Shown in pieces: positions 60,925 through 64,000 of a stretch of 64,000 nucleotides of DNA. Source of the DNA: an uncultured Methanoregulaceae archaeon (GTDB taxonomy: Archaea > Halobacteriota > Methanomicrobia > Methanomicrobiales > Methanospirillaceae); NCBI GenBank assembly GCA_963737635.1, contig CAVTTL010000001.1, positions 800,001 through 864,000 on the forward strand, in the 5' to 3' direction. The notes under the pieces were generated by a model. The model was not told where the DNA came from. It saw nothing but the letters and a program-made list of their open reading frames with translations, and ran no database searches. How positions within the stretch are numbered: the stretch's first letter is position 1; every line of letters starts with the position of its first letter. Both the position numbers and the translations under genes were made by a program.

Positions 60925-62467
60925 TCAGGGTTTTGTGAAAAGATAAATGGAATTTGTCACATCTGTACCGGCATAATGGGTGTTATTCTTGAGCCATGCC
61001 ACAGCGTCACCGTTCGGATCCGCCGCGCTAATGTCTCCTGTAACGACAAAATATATCGTGCTGCTGCCACTCCCTGACGAGATCTTTTCCAGATCCCCAG
61101 CCGTCGTTGCCCCGTACTCTTTGGTCTGTGTTTTTGTTGACGAGTAGTAATAATCAAGAGGCTGGGAAATATACCCGGGAACAGAGACAACAATATCCCC
61201 CGGCATGGTCTTCTGCTGAAGTTCGGCGGCAAAACCTCTCCAGTCTTCTTTTGAATATCCCGTGTAATATCCGGTAAGAACAGGAGCGCTCAAAACAAAA
61301 AGAACAATAATAAACCCATAAACAACGGCCTTGCTATTCCAAAGGGAGTAAAAGATCTGGTAGGATACTGCAACACCAATGAAAAAGATGATAGTCAGAA
61401 ATATGAGGTACCGGGGAAGCATCGGTATTTTAAACGAGAGAATGTAGCTGATAACAAAGGTGAGAACCGTAATCAGCACAAGGAATACCCCTTTGTTTCT
61501 CTCTATACGAAATGCCTGAACAATCCCGATTGCAAAGAGTGCTACAAGCAGATACATTGCAATATCGTTCATGCCAGTCTACTTGGTTGAAGGTTTCCAG
61601 AATGATCCCCACCCCTTGGATCCCGTAGGTGGGTGCCGATGATGTCCGGAGTACGAAAAGCTGGAGGGTGACAATAATGAGGGGAAGTGACAGGACCACA
61701 AAAACAACAACACCCGCAACCAGCATCTTGAGGTTAGCAAGTTCGGTCCGGATCTGGGGGGCCCACTCGATGAGCGCATAGAATACAAGCGCAGCGATCA
61801 TCACGAACGCATAGAAGTGCGCCCAGAATGCCAGCGCAGAGAAAACGCCAAAGAGAATCCAGTAGGTCAGGTCGCCGGACTTCATGGCCTTAAGGAAAAA
61901 GATCGTCGCAATAGCGACAAAAAAGAGCATCATCATATACGCCCGTGCTTCCTGCGAGTAATAGATCAGGAACGGTGAAACGGTACATGCCGTAGCGGCG
62001 ATGATACCCGCGTTCCTGTCGAGAAATTCCTTTCCAATCAAATAAAACAGAGGAATTGCAAGGACACCGAGCAGGGCCGGGATGAACCGAAGGATAATTT
62101 CGTTATTCCCGAACATGAGCATAATATGCTCAGCCCAGTAAAAGAGCGGCGGGTTAAACTCACCATTAGCAGTTACCTGCCAGATGTCAGCAAAAGATTT
62201 TACCGAGATCGAATAGGTGGTGGCTTCATCAAGCCAGAGGGAGTTGTACCCGAGATTGTAGAACCGGAGAAAAATGCCGATGATGGTGAGAATGATGAGG
62301 GTCTGGATGTACCGGCTCCCGGCAACAAGCGATTGTATATTTTTGAGGGAAATATCCCGGAACGTTTTGATGGGAGACACATAACTTGTGTCAAGATCGC
62401 ACTTACCGATCAAGCCCTGTCTTTTTGCCGGTTCCCGCCCCTCTTTTTTCTTCGCCATCGCACTCAC
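60925..62467 (-). CDS. GT39/PMT-like membrane glycosyltransferase (frameshift near 61580)
   Basis: 'LRFYNLG..SLWLDE', 'PPLFY', 'YSQEARAY', 'PRYLIF', 'EDWR'. Confidence 0.88.
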
Positions 62468-62561
62468 TAACTATTTGTCTGGATTCAGATATAACTTGCC
62501 TGTCTTCTCTCGATAAAAGCCCGCGACCTCCGCTCCATGAAAATGAAAGAACACCAGGAGA

Positions 62562-63434
62562 TTATGTGGATTTTTGTTCCGACTGCGGTGAACCGGCAGG
62601 AAGAGCTTCCAATGCAGTCAGTAATGCGTTTTTATCGGTCACCACTCGTGCAGCATTTTCAATCATAAGGTTCACCCGTTCATGGCTTCCCGCCATCCTG
62701 AAGTCGGTCCTGAGGGCAATCACCGTTTTCCTGAGTCCGGCGGCATAACCCATCTCCCATGCGGTTCCCGAATCTGCATCTGCCCCATCAATAATGGCAA
62801 CGACGATATCTGCTTCTTTGATCGCCCTTTTGTTGCGGCGATAAATCTGCGCATGCTCCTTTTTGTCCCTTACTGCTTGATTGTCCCCTGCGTCCTGGGG
62901 GAGATATACCTCATAATAATGTGACTTGAGAAGATCTGCAATGGCAGTATTATACGTGCGCTCAGATTCAGAAAAAAGGGGGGCGGCAAGATAGATCCGG
63001 TATCTCGAGAATTCAAAGACGTCCTGTGCCGGGATATCTGGAAATTTCGCGTAAAAGACGCCCCTGCCGGATCTTTTGGCCGGGGCATCGCCTTCTGCTC
63101 CATAATAGGTGCTGGTCACACCGCAGGTCGGCGACGAATTCACCCCGAGGATACAGAGAGGAGGGCCCCGTTCTTCAATGATCGTGTTTACCTGCTGAGA
63201 CAGTTCTTCAAGAAGCTGGGTAAATTCCGGGGTGTTCAAGCGTTCCAGGAATGTACCGGGCTGCCGATCTTTCCCAAGATACAGGGTTTCCGGGCAAGGA
63301 AGAGGCACGAAGTCGATCCCGAACTTCTTACAGCGCCCTATTGAACGCGCAAACACGGCGATATCCGAGGGATGCGTAATGCCCTTTGCACGGAGTGCCG
63401 GGGACAAAATGCAGGGCGAACAGAGAACGTACAT
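62562..63434 (-). CDS. DUF523/TudS-like domain fused to nucleoside 2'-deoxyribosyltransferase-like domain
   Basis: N-terminal 'CSPCIL', 'LPCPE', 'SSPTCG', 'GRGVF'; C-terminal 'IYLAAPLFSESER', 'ADIVVA..DG...DSGTAWEMGYA', 'NLMI'. Confidence 0.82.
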   Translation of the reverse strand: MYVLCSPCILSPALRAKGITHPSDIAVFARSIGRCKKFGIDFVPLPCPETLYLGKDRQPGTFLERLNTPEFTQLLEELSQQVNTIIEERGPPLCILGVNSSPTCGVTSTYYGAEGDAPAKRSGRGVFYAKFPDIPAQDVFEFSRYRIYLAAPLFSESERTYNTAIADLLKSHYYEVYLPQDAGDNQAVRDKKEHAQIYRRNKRAIKEADIVVAIIDGADADSGTAWEMGYAAGLRKTVIALRTDFRMAGSHERVNLMIENAARVVTDKNALLTALEALPAGSPQSEQKST

Positions 63435-63465
63435 TGATAGGAGTTGTGGACGCACTGAATAATCA

Positions 63466-63957
63466 ATGATTCCGCTCGTCGCCTACCGGGATAATAGCTG
63501 CGACCCCCGCAAGTGCACAGTAAAAAAACTTGAGCGGGCCGGCCTTGTAAGGATTGTTAAAAAAATTTCCCAGATCCCAAGAAACACCCTGTTACTCGAC
63601 CCTACTGCCGAGCAGGCGCTCTCACCAGCAGACAAATTCGTAAAATCCATAACTGCTCTTGACTGCTCCTGGGAAGTGCTTGACACCGGATCGGTCAGTT
63701 CCTGGAGGATTCGGCGGGCTCTGCCCTTTCTTATGGCAGCAAACCCGGTCAATTTCGGCAGGCCTTGCAAGCTGACATCGGTCGAAGCTCTCGCCGCGTC
63801 CCTTTACATCCTTGGTGAATCGGAGCAGGCGACCAAGCTTCTTGGGTGCGTCAGCTGGGGCAAACGGTTTTTCGAGGTTAACAAGGAGCCGCTGGAGCTG
63901 TACGTGACGGCAAAAGACAGCGCTGAGATTGTGAAGTTCCAAGCGCTATTTTTATGA
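63466..63957 (+). CDS. tsr3: rRNA aminocarboxypropyltransferase Tsr3 (DUF367)
   Basis: 'CDPRKCT..KL', 'LSPAD', 'LDCSW', 'RALPFLMAANPVNFGRPCKLTSVEALAA'. Confidence 0.93.
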   Translation: MIPLVAYRDNSCDPRKCTVKKLERAGLVRIVKKISQIPRNTLLLDPTAEQALSPADKFVKSITALDCSWEVLDTGSVSSWRIRRALPFLMAANPVNFGRPCKLTSVEALAASLYILGESEQATKLLGCVSWGKRFFEVNKEPLELYVTAKDSAEIVKFQALFL

Positions 63958-64000
63958 TGATGCCCGTTGGCCTTGAGAATGTATGGGACTTCCAGTCTTC

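Noticed and set aside
1-64000. CRISPR arrays, rRNA and tRNA genes
   Set aside because: No regularly spaced direct repeats and no recognisable tRNA or rRNA signatures were seen by eye; a tRNAscan/Infernal run would be needed to exclude them fully

Overview
Archaeal chromosomal segment from a hydrogenotrophic methanogen. Gene content and sequence style suggest Methanomicrobiales, Methanoregula-like (inference). About 0.5-27 kb is an accessory cell-surface region with a dispersed archaeal type IV pilus (T4P) kit: two TadC/PilC-like platform genes (one with an extracellular Ig-like tail), a PilB/TadA-type ATPase, a large pilin, PKD proteins and a degenerate KaiC-like ATPase. These genes surround a pstS-pstC-pstA cluster in which the PstS-like protein has a pilin-type (class III) N-terminus and PstA has a long extracellular extension. 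No pstB, phoU or prepilin peptidase is present in the window. The most interesting reading is a pilus-displayed phosphate-capture system analogous to the Sulfolobus sugar bindosome. About 28-54 kb is mostly housekeeping: Lhr helicase, Cdc48, LarC, RadB, DapF, ribose-1,5-bisphosphate isomerase, the atwA-mmp3-6-5-15-17-7 methanogenesis cluster, AsnB, ManC and YgiQ. At 54.7-56.4 kb an intact IS5-family element sits beside a small non-autonomous cassette with a near-identical target duplication. 56-64 kb holds LemA, aSelBL, three surface glycosyltransferases, a DUF523-nucleoside deoxyribosyltransferase fusion and Tsr3. About 20 genes, including core ones, carry apparent single-base frameshifts, so the sequence probably has uncorrected indel errors; split genes are reported as reconstructed loci. 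All family assignments are by eye from motifs, and no searches were run.
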